Of a DNA stretch of 64,000 nt, positions 41,590 through 54,471 are shown one piece after another. The position numbers and the translations under genes are program-made. Origin of the DNA: Lama glama (lineage: Eukaryota); NCBI GenBank assembly GCA_028534125.1, contig CM052817.1, positions 82,400,001 through 82,464,000 on the forward strand. The letters run 5' to 3'. The notes under the pieces are model-generated. The model did no database searches, had not been told where the DNA came from, and saw nothing but the letters and a program-made list of their open reading frames with translations. Positions within the stretch are counted from its first letter, which is position 1. Each line of letters starts with the position of its first letter.

Positions 41590-41872
41590 CATTTCCATTA
41601 CATCAAAAACAACAAAATACCTAGAAATAAACTTACCCAAAGAGGTTGCCTATATACTGAAAACCAAAATGACACAAAGAAATGGAAAGATTTCTTGTGC
41701 TGTTGGATTGGAAGAATCAACACTATCAAAATGGTCACACTACCCAAAGCAATCCACAGATCCAAAGTAACCCCCATCAAAATACTTGTGACATTCCTCA
41801 CAGAACTAGAACAAACAATTCCAAAATTTATAAGGAACCACAAAAGACCCCGAATAGCCAAAGCAATCTTTT
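41590..41872 (+). pseudogene. L1 ORF2 fragment
   Basis: ORF 41695 translates [20 protein letters not shown]...[26 protein letters not shown], a recognisable ORF2p segment. Confidence 0.9.
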
Positions 41873-43762
41873 GTAGGTCTCTTTTTTTTTTTTTCTCTTT
41901 CTTCTTTTTGTTCTCTTTTCTTATGGTTTGATGACTAGAGAAGGTCCTTTAACGTTTGTTGTAAAGCTGGTTTGGTGGTGCTGAAATCTTCTAGCTTTTG
42001 TTTATCTGTGAAGTTTTTGATTTCTCCATCAAGTCTGAATGAGAGCCTTGCTGGACAGAGTATTCTTGGTTGTTAGTTTCCCCCTTGCATCACTTTAAAT
42101 ATATCGTGCCACTTCCTTCTGGCCTGTAGAGATTCTGCTGAAAAGATCAGCCGATAACCTTATGGGAGCTCCCTTGCATGTTATTAGTTGCTTTTCTCTT
42201 GCTAGTTTTAATATTTTCTCCTTATCCTGAATTGTTGTCAATTTGGTGACTGTGTGCCTTGGTGTGTTCCTCTTTGGGTTGATTCTGTGTGGTACTCTCT
42301 GGGCTTCCAGGACTTGGGTGACTGTTTCCTTTCCCAAGTTGGGGAAATTTTCAGTTATTATCTCTCCAAAAATTTTCTCAGGTCCTTTCTCTCCCTCTTC
42401 TCTTTCTGGGACTCCTATAGTGTGAATATTAGAGCACTTCATGTTGTCTCAGTGTTCTCTTAGACTAACCTCATTCCTTTTTATTCTTTTTTCTGTTCTG
42501 AAGTAGCGATTTCCACTAATCTGTCTTCTAGCTCACTGATCCGTTCCTCTGCCTCATTTAGTCTGTTCTTGGTTTCTTCTAATGTATTGTTCATTTCAGT
42601 GATTTTATTCTTCAGCTCTATTTGGATGTTCTTTATAGTTTCCAACTCTTTGCTAAAAACTTCACTCTGTTCATCTATACTCCTCTTAAATTCTCTGAAT
42701 GTCTTGGCCATCATTACTCTAAACTCTTTCTCAGATAAATTGCCTGTCTCCTCCTCACTTATTTCTTCTTCTGGGATTTTATCTTGTGCCTTGGCCTGGG
42801 AGCTATTCCTTTGCTGCCTCATATCATCTATCTTCCTATGTGTTTGTGGATTGCTTCCACAGGCTTTGAGATTATTGTTTCCTTATTTCTAGTATCTGCC
42901 CCTGCTGGATGAGGCTGGACTAGAGGCTTATGCAGGTTTCCTGGCAGGAGGAGCTGGTGCCTGCCCACTGCTGGGTAAAGCTTGGTCCTGGACCTCTGGT
43001 GAGTAGGGCTGTGTCTAGAGGCCTTGTGACTTAGGAAGTCTGCTGATGGGTGGGACTGTGTTCCCACCCTATATATTGTTTGGCCTGAGGCTTCCCTACA
43101 GGCTGTTGGGTGGGGCTAGGTCTTGGTGCTAATAATCCAATCAAGATGCCAGCCTCCAGGAAAGCTCATGTAGATTAACACCCCTGGAATGTCTGTCACC
43201 AGCTTTTATGTCCCCTGAGTGAGCTGCAGCCATCCCCCATGTCCCCAGGAGACCCTCCAAATCCAGCAGGCAGGTCTAGCCCAGGTTCCTATTAAATCAC
43301 TGCCTCTGCCCTTGGACCTGGTGCACGTGAGTCTCTATGTACATTTCTCAAGCAAATAGAGTCTCCGTTTCCCCTAGTCCCATGAGGCTCCTGGAGCCAA
43401 GCCCCTCTGGCCTTCAAAACCAGATGTCCTGGGGTCTCCTTCTCTTCCCAATGCCAGGACCCGAGTTGGGGAGCCTGACGTGGGGCTTAGAGCTCTTACT
43501 CCTGTGGGAGAGCCTCTGCAACTTAACAGATTTTGAGCTTGTGGGTCGCCAACTCCGGGGTTGTGGGGCCCAAGTATATCATGAGCAAGCCCCTGCTACC
43601 ATCCTGCTGTGGTACCCTCTTTATGTTTCCAGTTGTGGAGGATCTTTTTTGCTAGTTACAGTCTTTTTTCGATGGTTGTTTAGCATTCAGTTGTGGTTTC
43701 ACTATAGTCGCAAGGAGAGGAAGTTCGTGGTCCTACCACTCCGCCGTCTTGACCAGAACTCC
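41873..43762 (-). mobile_element. L1 5'UTR plus ORF1 (ORF1 ~42822-41935), truncated before ORF2
   Basis: ORFs 42481-42822 (MRQQRNSSQAKAQDK...RLNEAEERISELED) and 42095-42442 (NIHTIGVPEREE...RINPKRNTPRH); 5' end ggagttctggtcaagacggcgg. Confidence 0.92.
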
Positions 43763-44111
43763 AACATGTGTATTTTTCATAACAGCTTTGAGGTCCTATA
43801 TCCCTAGCTAATGAAAAATTCAATTTAGTTTTATTTTGAGGGCATTATCCTTTCCTAGCTCTCTGTGGTTGTATACAGTGTAGTAATTTGGAGTAAACAT
43901 CACTGGTCTTTAGTTTGTTATAGTCTCTCTCCACTGCCAATATCCATTATCTAAGCCAATTTGACCCACTCAGTTTTGCTAAAGTTAGCTACCATACTTC
44001 TACCTAAGCTTTTAAGGCCACCACATTCAGGGTTATACCTCTCTAAAACATGTATACCACCCCCAGCAGAGCCCAGCCATCTTCTGCAATGCTGAATTTT
44101 GTCGCATTACT

Positions 44112-44650
44112 GTATCAGAAATCCCCAAGACCACCTTCAAATTCAGTGATTCACTGGAAGGACTTACAAGACCCAGAAAATCATTATACTAACAGTTACA
44201 ACTTATTATAGAAAAAGGATACAGTTTGAAATCAGCAAAGGTGAAGGCACACAGGGCAGAGTCCCTAAAGGAGAGACACACTTCCACGTGCCCTCTTCTG
44301 GTAGAATCTCAAGGACAGTGCTTAACCTGCCAGCAATGATGTGTGACAACATGTACCAAATATTGCCAACCAGGGGAGTCTTGGTATGCAGGATTTTTAC
44401 CAGGAATTGGTCACTTATCCATGGTTGAACATCTGCATGGCTGATGGGAGTTAGTCTTCAGCCCCTGAAGAGAACAGACTGATACCTTGTAGCCCAAGGC
44501 TTCAGGAAAACAAAAACACTTTTGGCTGGCAGGATGGTCCAAACTGTTAGAGGTTACCTCCAGGAGCCCTTCAAGGGTTAAACCTTTCTTTGGAATGTGC
44601 AGGGTGTCCACAGTCAAGGCATCCCTTCCTAAACAGTTACTCACTGTACC
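44112..44650 (-). mobile_element. MER21-like LTR
   Basis: tgtatcagaaatccccaagaccaccttcaaattcagtgattcactggaaggact. Confidence 0.7.
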
Positions 44651-45289
44651 TGTCCTACTCAAGTTTTTCAGTGTAGACGAGTCCTATGCTTTCTTAGGGT
44701 ATGGCTACTCCCGACTCCTTAAAAAGGCCCTGAAATTTAAAAAGCCAGAGGTTTTCTTTGAAAAATGTTACCTTCTTTACTCTCGATAATGCAGGGAATT
44801 TCAAACCTTCAAAAACAAATAATTATAATGACTTCACTGTCCTGTTTAAGGGGATCAAAGAAATAAATTCTCCTTCTTCCCAGATACACTTAGAAGAAGA
44901 AAAAAAGACCCCTTTATAAGGTCATACTTCCACAGTTGAAATATATTCCCAGAGACATCATGGTTATTTCGAAGTGCTACGTTATGAGGGTACTTTGTCA
45001 CACAGCAATAGTGATCATAACGTAACATCCAGATTTACACACATAATTAATAAATGAAATGTGTATCAGTTTATGACTGTGCTGTCCATTTAGATAGTCA
45101 AATTCTGCTACATAAACTAGTAGGTAGTTTAGAAAATATTAGTAAGAATAAACAACATTGAAACCATATATACTTAACGCAGACACAATTACGGATTTTC
45201 TACTGATCAGTTCTTGGGGCTTCTTTTTTGTTTTTGTTTTTAATTTAAATATGTCACAAAGAAATAATTAATTTTTAAAACAAAGTCCT

Positions 45290-45625
45290 TGCAAATATAT
45301 GGGCACATATATTCATGAGGTCATGATGAGGTCATTAGGATGGGTGCTAATCCAATGACTGTTACCTTTATAAAAAAAAGGAATTTGGACACAAAGGTAT
45401 TCACCCAGGGAAAATGCTGTGTGAAGATGAAGGCAAGTTTTGGGCTGATGCTTCCTCAAGCCAAGAAATGTCAAAGACTACTAGCAAACTACCAGAAGCT
45501 AGGAGAGGGCCATGTGACTGATTCTTACACCAACACTTGATCTCAGACTTCTAGCTTCCAGACTGTGAGACAGTACATCGCTGTTGTGGCAGTACTTTGT
45601 TACAGCAGCTCTAGCACACTAATAC
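45290..45625 (+). mobile_element. MaLR LTR (MLT1C-like)
   Basis: ctaatccaatgactg...caagccaagaaatgtcaaag...agacttctagcttccagactgtgagac...ctaataca-like end. Confidence 0.8.
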
Positions 45626-46443
45626 CTGGAGGAAAAGGGTGAAATGGACATACGGAAGTCAGAAGAGCAGAGACTATAAATTGAATGTCCAAATGTGTCC
45701 TTTTATTTATAGGATGACATTGAAACTGCAAAACTACATTCCCATTCCACCTTATATTCTGGTGGGGACAGGCATCTGAATTCTGGCTATTAAAGTGCAG
45801 ATGAAAAGGATAAAAATACCACTCTCAAAAAAGCCTTTGACTCATTATCTTTCATGACTTTCCTCTTTCAATGGCAATCTTTGAAGCCATGTTTTAAAGA
45901 AAAAAAGAACCCCCTAAATTTTAAAATGCATCTCTGAGGACAATTCATTTTGAAGTTTATTAGAGTGAGAACTGTGTTAAGTCACTGAGATTTTGTATTT
46001 TATCTGTTAAAGTAGGTAAAGTTATCTTGACCAATATATAATAACAACTGCCTTACCAGTAACCTGATCATATTGAACAGATTAATAATTTGGGAACATT
46101 TTGGAAAGTGTTGGGAAGATGGGTCAGTAAGGAGATATTGAACCTTTTTGTGTACTACATTAGATAGCATTAACTGTCCAATTTAATAAAACATACTTTG
46201 TTGGGTACCATACGTACTGAACAACATGAATCATACAGTTTTGTAGGTTAATTATCCAGATTTCCCTGAGGGAGCTGGGTACTAAGTGTGAGCTGTGAAA
46301 ATGCTAACTCTAAACACTTAATAGTCCAACATTTTCTGACATTAAACTTAAACTGGTTTCTTGTAGTATTCTTCTAAAGAAATGTGTTTTATTAAAGATA
46401 CTGATTTTCTGAGCACCAGCTATGAGCAAATACTTTAGAGTTT

Positions 46444-46566
46444 GGAGTGGGGTTATAGCTCAGTGGCAGAGCGCGTATTTGGCATGGTTGAGGTCCTGGG
46501 TTCAATCCCAGTGCTTCCATTAAGGGAAAAACTTTTTTTTTAATTAAATAAAATTATTTTAAAAAA
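46444..46566 (+). mobile_element. tRNA-derived SINE, camelid type
   Basis: A-box TAGCTCAGTGG (46456-46466), B-box GGTTCAATCCC (46499-46509), then ccattaa and an AT-rich tail. Confidence 0.85.
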
Positions 46567-46741
46567 GATAAGCACTAAGATCCACTTCTAAAATGGAGGT
46601 ATGAGGCGATCTGTACACTAGCTCCCCAGTAAAACAACCATTAACTGGTACTTTTTTAAAATTTTTATTTCTTTAATAATCCATTACAAAAGAGTACATA
46701 CTTAGATATCTTTGTCCACAGGTGGGCTTTGAATAGTTCAG

Positions 46742-46849
46742 TTTTTTTTTTTAATTTTATTTTTTATATAAGTGTAGTTGATTTACGATCTTAGTTTCAG
46801 GTATACAGCAAAGTGATGCAGTTATACATATATATGTACATATATATAC

Positions 46850-46882
<33 letters not shown>

Positions 46883-47385
46883 TATATGTACATATATATA
46901 TACATACATATATATATACACACACATATATTTTCAGATTCTTTTTGATTATAGTGTATTACAAGAAATTGAATATAGCTCCCTGTCCTATACAGTAGGT
47001 CCTTTTTGTTTATCGATTTTATATATAGTAGTATCTGTTAATCCCAGACTCCTAATTTATCCCCCAGCTTTCCCTTTGGTAATCATAGTTTATTTTCTAT
47101 GTCCATGAGTTGACTTCTGGTTTGTAAATAAATTTTGTAACTTTTTTTAGGTTCCTCATGTAAGTGATATCATATATGTTTATCTCTGACTTACTTCACT
47201 TAATATGATAATCTCTAGGTCCCTCTATGTTGTTGCAAATGACATTATTTCATTCCTTTCAATGGCTGACTAATATTCCATTATATATACACACATACCC
47301 ACACACCACATCTTCTTTATCCAATCATCTGTGGATGGACATTTAGGTTATTTCCATGTCTTGGCTGTTGTATATAGTGCTGCTG
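46742..47385 (-). mobile_element. L1 3' end with internal (TA/CA)n microsatellite
   Basis: Poly(T), gtgtagttgatttac...gacttacttcacttaatatgataatctctagg...ttccatgtcttggct. Confidence 0.9.
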
Positions 47386-47386
47386 T

Positions 47387-47780
47387 TGTTGCTCAAACAC
47401 CACTTCTGTACCCTGCTTACCAAATTGAGACTCAAGGACAGAGTTTTGGATGAAATAGAAAAGGCAGCTTTTTTCTTTGACAGGCAAAGGTCATAGTGGG
47501 CTAATGCTTCTAAAACTGTGAGCCTTCTGGGAAGAGAAGGTGGGGAGTTTATAGTAAAAGTTCAAGAGTGTAAGAGGTGGAGGTAATTTCCATAGAGATC
47601 ATATACAGGATAACAAATTGTTGCAAAGTTGTTCTTGTTTTTACAGATCCCTTCCCTGTGCTGGGTATGAAGTTCACCTCTTGCTTTGGGACTCTCTTAA
47701 TATTCTTGTTCCTAGAACAAAGGATGCATAAGAAGGGGCTCCATGGAAAAGAGCTCTAAAGAAAAACTTGTATAGTTTAA
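47387..47780 (-). mobile_element. ERV1-like LTR fragment
   Basis: Starts tgttgctcaaa at the point where L1 homology stops; gacagagttttggatgaaatagaaaaggcagcttt resembles artiodactyl ERV LTRs. Confidence 0.45.
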
Positions 47781-48119
47781 AGTCATATTGATAAATGCTT
47801 TTAGCCTTTTAAGCAGGCTGAGGCCTTGGACCTCCTACTGCAAGCTGAGGCCTGCAGCTTGAACAACAGGATACAAGGAAACCAGAAGGAGTCAAGAGGA
47901 GGACACAGGGGTCAGGAGCAGGGGGCTAGGGTCAGGAGCAGGACACTTAGCATGATCCCTGCACACAGCACTCTGAAGGGGTTGGGTGGACCACCCACAC
48001 GTTTCTCCTTTCTTGCCTAACCCTGGTCAGCAAGAGCATAAGAAAAACCCCTTAAACCACTATACAAACACCATTACAGATATCAGATGGTCACCAAAGA
48101 CAATAGGGTCCTCCTTAGT

Positions 48120-49002
48120 TACACTATGAAAAAGATATTGTCTTAAAGGCATACACCAAATAAAATATTTATTCAATAAAACCTACATTTTTGTAAGAAT
48201 AGCAACAGTCAGTGGCACTTGATCCATGATCTGTTCCTTCTCCCCCAGCTCCACACATGAGTATGATATCTCTACTCTTGGTTGGTGCGGTGAAGAAAAT
48301 GGGACTTCCTCTGCCTTTAGTTATCAGTCAGGTACTACAGTACCTTCCTGGAAGAGGAAGCAACCAGCAGTATCACTCTCCCAAGCTCCACGTTCTAGAG
48401 CCTAAATTTCCAACAGGTGAAGTAGGGAGGCTGGGTCTTCCTTTCTCCACTTGGCTTTCCTCCTTCCATAGGGGGATGTTTCTACTGCAGGAGAGGCAGT
48501 TCCTCACAGGTTTAAACTTGGAGTTATCATATGACCCAGAAATTTTACACTTAGGTATATAACAACACTATGTATAATAGCTCAAAAATGGAAAAGATCC
48601 AAATGTCCATTAACTGGTAAGTAGAAAAATAAAATGCTGTATTGATACATGCTGCAACATGAATGAACTTCAAAAAAATGATGTTGGGTTAAAGAATCCA
48701 GTCGCAAAAAGCTACGTATTGTATGGTTACATTATTAGAAAATATACAGAATAGGCAAACATAGAGACAGAGAGAGACGAGTGGGTGGCTAGAACTGAGA
48801 GTGCTGGGGAAGGCTGGGAGACTGCTAATGGCTACAAGGCTTCTTTTGGGGTGATGGCAGCATTCTAAAATTGATTGTATTGATGGTTGTACGACTTTGA
48901 GAATATACTAAAGACCATTGATTTTTCTACTAGAACTGTGTGAATTGCATGGTATATAAATATATGAGTCAAATCTCAGTAAAGATGTTATATTTTTAAA
49001 AA
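48120..49002 (+). mobile_element. Old L1: 5'UTR piece joined at ~48498 to a 3' end
   Basis: ttgtcttaaaggcatacaccaaataaaatatttattcaataaaacctac (5'UTR-like), then gagttatcatatgacccagaaatt...ctcagtaaagatgtt (3' end). Confidence 0.6.
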
Positions 49003-50129
49003 GGATGAACATAGCTCTCCAGAGGTTTGCACTCTGTTGAGAAAAATATATTTGTAGGATCAATCAAAATTTGATAAGAGCCCTGAAACATTAATGAACA
49101 AACTAACACCATTGTACTAACTTGGTTGTGGAGGTGTTTCATTTGGGAAAATCAAGTAAGAATTCATGTGAAAAGTGGAATCTGGACTTCAGAACGATAT
49201 CCATAGGTATTGAATGTACATTGTGAGAAAACGGTGAGAAAACAGAAAAGATAAAGCATTTTCTAGAATGAAGTAGAATGTACAACAGAAGATTGGCTTT
49301 GAAAAATGCAACTTCTGTCGTGCAAAGGAAATCAAATCATGGCAGGCCTTGGATGTCATGCTAACAAGTATGTTCAATACTCCAGCCTGAGAAAGTTTTT
49401 CAAAGGTTTAAGTAAAGTAGTCAAAAATGACTGTATCAGTTAATTGCAGTTCCTTGGTAAGAGAAATTTCTCACCTTTCAATCACAGTTGTTAAGGGACT
49501 TTGGTCATTAGAGGTATACAATTTCTCAAGGTTGACTCGTTGTGAGGCTTCTATTTTATTCTCAACAAACAGTGCTTTGAAACATGACAGAGTTGGTCAT
49601 CTTTCATGGTCAATGAGAAGAAATTTTAGAGGGTAGTCTAAATGACAGGTAAAGAGACTGACAGATAATATATTACTTCCATATTTATTTGTATTCTCCA
49701 TTGGTCTTAAGGAATCTTAATTATCTAGATTAAATGAAGTAAATTAAATGATATAGAAAGTTCAGAAATGTTGATTACGCCTAGGTTTTTACTTAACATC
49801 GGTTGCATGGTTTTGGAAAACTAAAAATTCTACACATTCAAATCAAGAAGCTTGATTTTTTTTTTAAACTGAGAAAATGCCACCTTAATGTAATATTATC
49901 CTGCCTTATCAGCAAGAATGTGTAACATGAATTTCTCTGATCCAATGCCACACTCTCCAAAGTTGTCTTGCAATTTCAATATTTACCTTCAAAATGTAAA
50001 TATTATATTTTAATAGTGGCATTGTTATTATTATCTATTATTATTATGTGATTTCATTTTTATTGAACTATTTTAATGGCTATGTGGGTGTTTTGAATAA
50101 AAATAGTCATAGGAATGACAGCCAATTTA

Positions 50130-50290
50130 GAGATAGGATCTACCACACCCACCCTTGTCATTTTGTAGATGAGATTGAGACCAAGGGAGATTGTGAGCAA
50201 CACATGGATTTACTACAATTTAGTGCCAAGCTGGGATTCAATTCAAACATCTTAATTCCTAGTTCAGTGACTTTCCTTATATACCATCCA
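50130..50290 (-). mobile_element. MIR SINE
   Basis: cattttgtagatgagattgagaccaaggg...agtgccaagctgggattcaattc core. Confidence 0.7.
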
Positions 50291-51103
50291 ATAGATTAGC
50301 TAACTATATTTTGGATAATCATATAGGAAACCTCATAAAATTATGTGACGTGGTAATAAATGATTTCTATTTCTGGCTTGTCAAGGATTTGGACTGTATA
50401 GAACATAGCAAGCCCCAGAGCCATTTATTATATTGTGCTATATGACATTCTGTCATGGGGGCCTGCCCGAATCAGATCTTCCTGGATGGCAAGGGGTCCG
50501 TTAAGTCAGTGCAGCCAAGCACTAAGTCCTCGTGTTTGGCTGCAGTACTGCTGGCGTTTGCCTGCCTCAGAGTGAGCACAAAGTCTCCCTGAGTGCTCTC
50601 ACATGGTGTGAGAGGAACGAATTGCATGAGGTTTTAACAATAAAGATGCAGTTACCTTCTGCCTTTTCCAGATTTCCTGTGTGACAAACGTCAGAATTAA
50701 ACTGTTGCAACATTCAGCACATTTTTTATCCAGATAAATATTGAAAACATATTTAATGCAATATTGAAGGGATTATAGCATTCAGAAAAGGGAAAGTCTG
50801 ACTAATGCAGCAGCTGCACAGCATTCCAGTGCACTCAAGCTATTGCCAGCGTTTATTAGCCAGTCAAGTCTTTGACAATAAACAATCCACGGTCCGGATC
50901 ATGCTCTCTGGCGGATAGTTGTTGGAAGTTTGTTTTCATGACGGCATTAACAGCTCTTGTTTCTGCAGGTTGCCTATTATTACTGCTTCATTAATGATGG
51001 AAGGCTTTTAAAAGAGCTTTATGTGGACTTCTAATTGCATTCTAAAAGATGGTATTTTTATGATAATGATCCACTTGTAAAAGATAAGTAAATATATATC
51101 AAA

Positions 51104-51532
51104 AATAGAAATTCTAACAGAAAATAGGGTATCTGTTAACTGCAAAAATTGAGCTGCTTTTTTCTTAACACTTCATTTCAAAAACTTTGTATCTAAAAAT
51201 AAAATGAGACAAAAGAAGCATATTGTTTTGTCCAGCCTTCTTCCATATATAATGTCACTGTCTGTATCTTCTTATAACTGTATTATCTCGGGGGTTAGAA
51301 TCAGGCCTGCTTTTGAGCAGGTTCTCACGGAAAGGCCCTAGTGGTTGCAGAAATGATTTCTTTCCTGATTGGATAGGTCTTGCTCTGAGTGATCTATTTC
51401 CAGGTCATAGTAACTGATATTTTGAATATCACTTTTGGATAGAATGGATCATTTAATGTAGGCAAAAATCATTTCTGGTAGTTAAAATTGGAAGGTATCC
51501 AAATGATATGCCAAAGAAATAATTAAAACGAG
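51104..51532 (+). repeat. Left arm of ~430-bp inverted repeat
   Basis: Hand alignment to the reverse complement of 54472-54902, roughly 90% identical. Confidence 0.95.
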
Positions 51533-52115
51533 GAATTTTTTCCCCTTGTAGATGAATCTCTAATAAATATTTTGAGGTAAAAGTGGAAATCTAAACTCAG
51601 GAAATTAAATGCAAATATCTCTAGGACTTCAGTTGTAAAAAACTATTTTATATAAATATTAAGATAAAAGTTAACACAAAAGATAAAGACTCAATAGTAT
51701 GTTACTCATATATGTAACATTTTATTAGCAATTAATACTCCATATATGCACATATATCGAGGCCTATGTATTTTGCTATTAAAATTTAAACCTTGGCTTC
51801 TCTTATTTTTCTGCTTTTAATATATTACATCTAGAAAGTATTTAGAAATTATTTGAACAACAGGAATGTGACCAATATGATTTCTGTTCCTATAAATATG
51901 AACATGATAAAAATGAAATTTGATGTATATAAGCACCCATATTTACATAACATTGTGATGTAACCTTTAAACATTTAATCTAGCATGTTTTGTTTTGTTT
52001 TTGATCTCTAGGAGTTTACAATGTATAGATATCAATTACATAAACAAATTAAATTTGAATAATCTAAACATAACCTCTAAAACTTAAATTTATTTATTAA
52101 GAACCTCTACATCAT

Positions 52116-52659
52116 TACAATAGCCAACACATGGAAACAGCTTAAATGTCCATCAACAGATGACTGGATAAAGAAGATGTGGTATATTTATGCAATGGAA
52201 TACTATTCAGCCATAAAAATGACAACATAATGCCATTTGCAGCAACATGGATGTCCCTGGAGAATGTCATTCTAAGTGAAGTAAGCCAGAAAGAGAAAGT
52301 AAAATACCATATCAGATTGCTCATATGTGGAATCTAAAAAAAAATAAAAGAGAGAGAGAACATAAATACAAAACAGAAACAGACTCATAGACATAGAATA
52401 CAAACTTGTAGTTGCCAAGGGGGAGGAGGGTGGGAAGGGATAGACTGGGAGTTCAAAATTTGTAGGTACTGACAGGCATATATAGAATAGATAAACAAGA
52501 TTATACTGTATAGCACAGGAAAATATATACAAGATCTTGTGGTAGCTCACAGTGAAAAAAAATGTGACAATGAATATATGTATGTTCATGTATAACTGAA
52601 AAATTGTGCTCTACACTGTAAAAAAATGAAAAAAAAAGTAAAAAAAAAAGAAAGAAAGA
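52116..52659 (+). mobile_element. Young 5'-truncated L1 with perfect 17-bp TSD
   Basis: TSD aagaacctctacatcat at 52099-52115 and 52660-52676; ORF2 C-terminus, 3'UTR and A-rich tail. Confidence 0.95.
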
Positions 52660-53929
52660 AAGAACCTCTACATCATACTTGTGAAAAGCTTATGAAACTT
52701 TCAGGCAGTTTAGTTTGTGAGATGTATGTAAAGAAGAATTAGGGTAAAACAATACTCCGTCCCCATGAAGATAATTGTACTCAATTAACAGAATTATTTA
52801 AATTAGACTAGTATCATAGAATAGTTTGTACGGCTACAGATAAAATTTAAAGCGCAAGTTAAATAACTCTATATCTCAAGCCCAAGCTAGTTGTTATTGC
52901 ATATCTGATCTCAATCAACAATTACATATTAATCTGTAAATGAATCTTTCAACCTTGTAGTAATCTCCTTTTTTAGAAAGACAAATCTCCAGTCTGTATG
53001 TAGGCTGAGATTCCAGGGTTAATATTTTGATAACATAAGCCCTCAGAAAATGTATCTTCTTTATAGGAATGGGAGAATGGGGAAGGATAATATTCTGTTC
53101 ACCCCATGTGAGAGAGTTGTAAGTGGTTGTTTGATATAAATTTCATTTCTTTACAAGTATTTGCCAAAATAGCATATACTTATTCTGTTGCTATGGAAGA
53201 ATATGAAATCAATAACCTCCTATCTCAGGCTATGATTTATGATTATCTCCTACTGATTCATTAGAATGTATTAAATTTTTGTTTTCCATGAAGCTTTTTT
53301 CTTAGTCAGTGTATGACATTATATAATTTTCTATACTTGCTCTGTCTTTGAGAAGCTTTCATTTTGGATAATGGAAAAAATCTAAATAAAATGTATTACA
53401 ATTTCAAAGGTGCTTTAATAAGAAATAATAAGGCGCAAAAATATTTTTAAAGAAAACTTTTTAAAAAACATCTTCACAGAAGGGGATCAAACTTCTTTAT
53501 ACATGAGGGAGTATTTGGGCTGCATCTTCAAATATAACTATTAAATGTTCCAAAAGGCGATTTTCCTACAAGTATTTCATTGCTAAATGGTATAAAGTAT
53601 TAGTAGTGTTAAGACCGAACTGAATAAATATCTGTAGAGTTATACACAAACCAGTAAGACTTTTAAACAAACAAAAAGTGTCATATTTTCATCTATTCAT
53701 CAAAGCTTTTTAGGGGGCAAAATGTAAGAAAAATATGTTTATTTTATTATGGTATTACAAATGTACTTTCCATCATATATGTAAAACAACAACAACAAAT
53801 TATCACTCAGCTGAATGATACAATGGAACATGTATCCAGAAAGTTCATTAAACTTTCTAGTTCATTTTGATATTTTCACTGGTGGGACTGGTTACCTTAA
53901 TCAAAATATGGACTATGCATATATAATAT

Positions 53930-54288
53930 TGCTATAATCTGAATACTTATGTCCCCCCACATTATTTATGTTGAAATCTTAAACCCTCAAAGATGATAGT
54001 ATTAGGACATATGGCCTTTGGGAAGTGCTTATGTCTTCACGAGGGTGGAGTCCTCACAAATGGGGTTAGTTTTCTTATAAAAGAGGCCACACAGAGATCC
54101 CTTGGCCCCTCCACCATGTGAGGCAGGGTTAGAACCATCTATGAACAAGGAAGTGGGCCCTCACCAGAACACAACTATATTCATGCCTGGATCTTGGACT
54201 CCCAAGCTTCCATAACTGTGAGAAATAAATGTTCTTGTTTATGAGTCCCCCAGTCACTTGAAGTAAGCAGCCTAAAGAGACTAAGATA
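53930..54288 (+). mobile_element. MaLR LTR (MLT1A-like)
   Basis: tgctataatctgaat...atgttgaaatc...aactgtgagaaataaat...gactaagata. Confidence 0.85.
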
Positions 54289-54471
54289 AATATACATGGA
54301 TTTTTAACAATTTATTGAGTCATTTATTTTCATTGTATTCTGTAAACAAAAACTCTTCTCAGCCTTTTCTGTGTACTACATGAATATTTGTTGTTCATCA
54401 AAATGAAGCTAGACAAAGAATATGTGCTATGCTACTGCTCTCCATTCCCACCCTGCATAGCCAGCATTCTT

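Noticed and set aside
41590..43762. Twin-priming L1 inversion
   Set aside because: The fragments converge, whereas twin priming gives divergent pieces with the 3' piece ending in poly(A)
43337..43807. 156-aa + strand ORF as an L1 ORF0-like protein
   Set aside because: Antisense to a GC-rich L1 5'UTR where long open frames arise easily; no recognisable homology
46444..46520. tRNA gene
   Set aside because: Has A/B boxes, but the stems are broken and it continues into a SINE tail matching the copy at 6717-6838
51306..51321. cctgct-tttg-agcagg as a histone stem-loop
   Set aside because: Geometry fits, but the stem differs from the GGYYYT/ARRRCC consensus and there is no histone CDS
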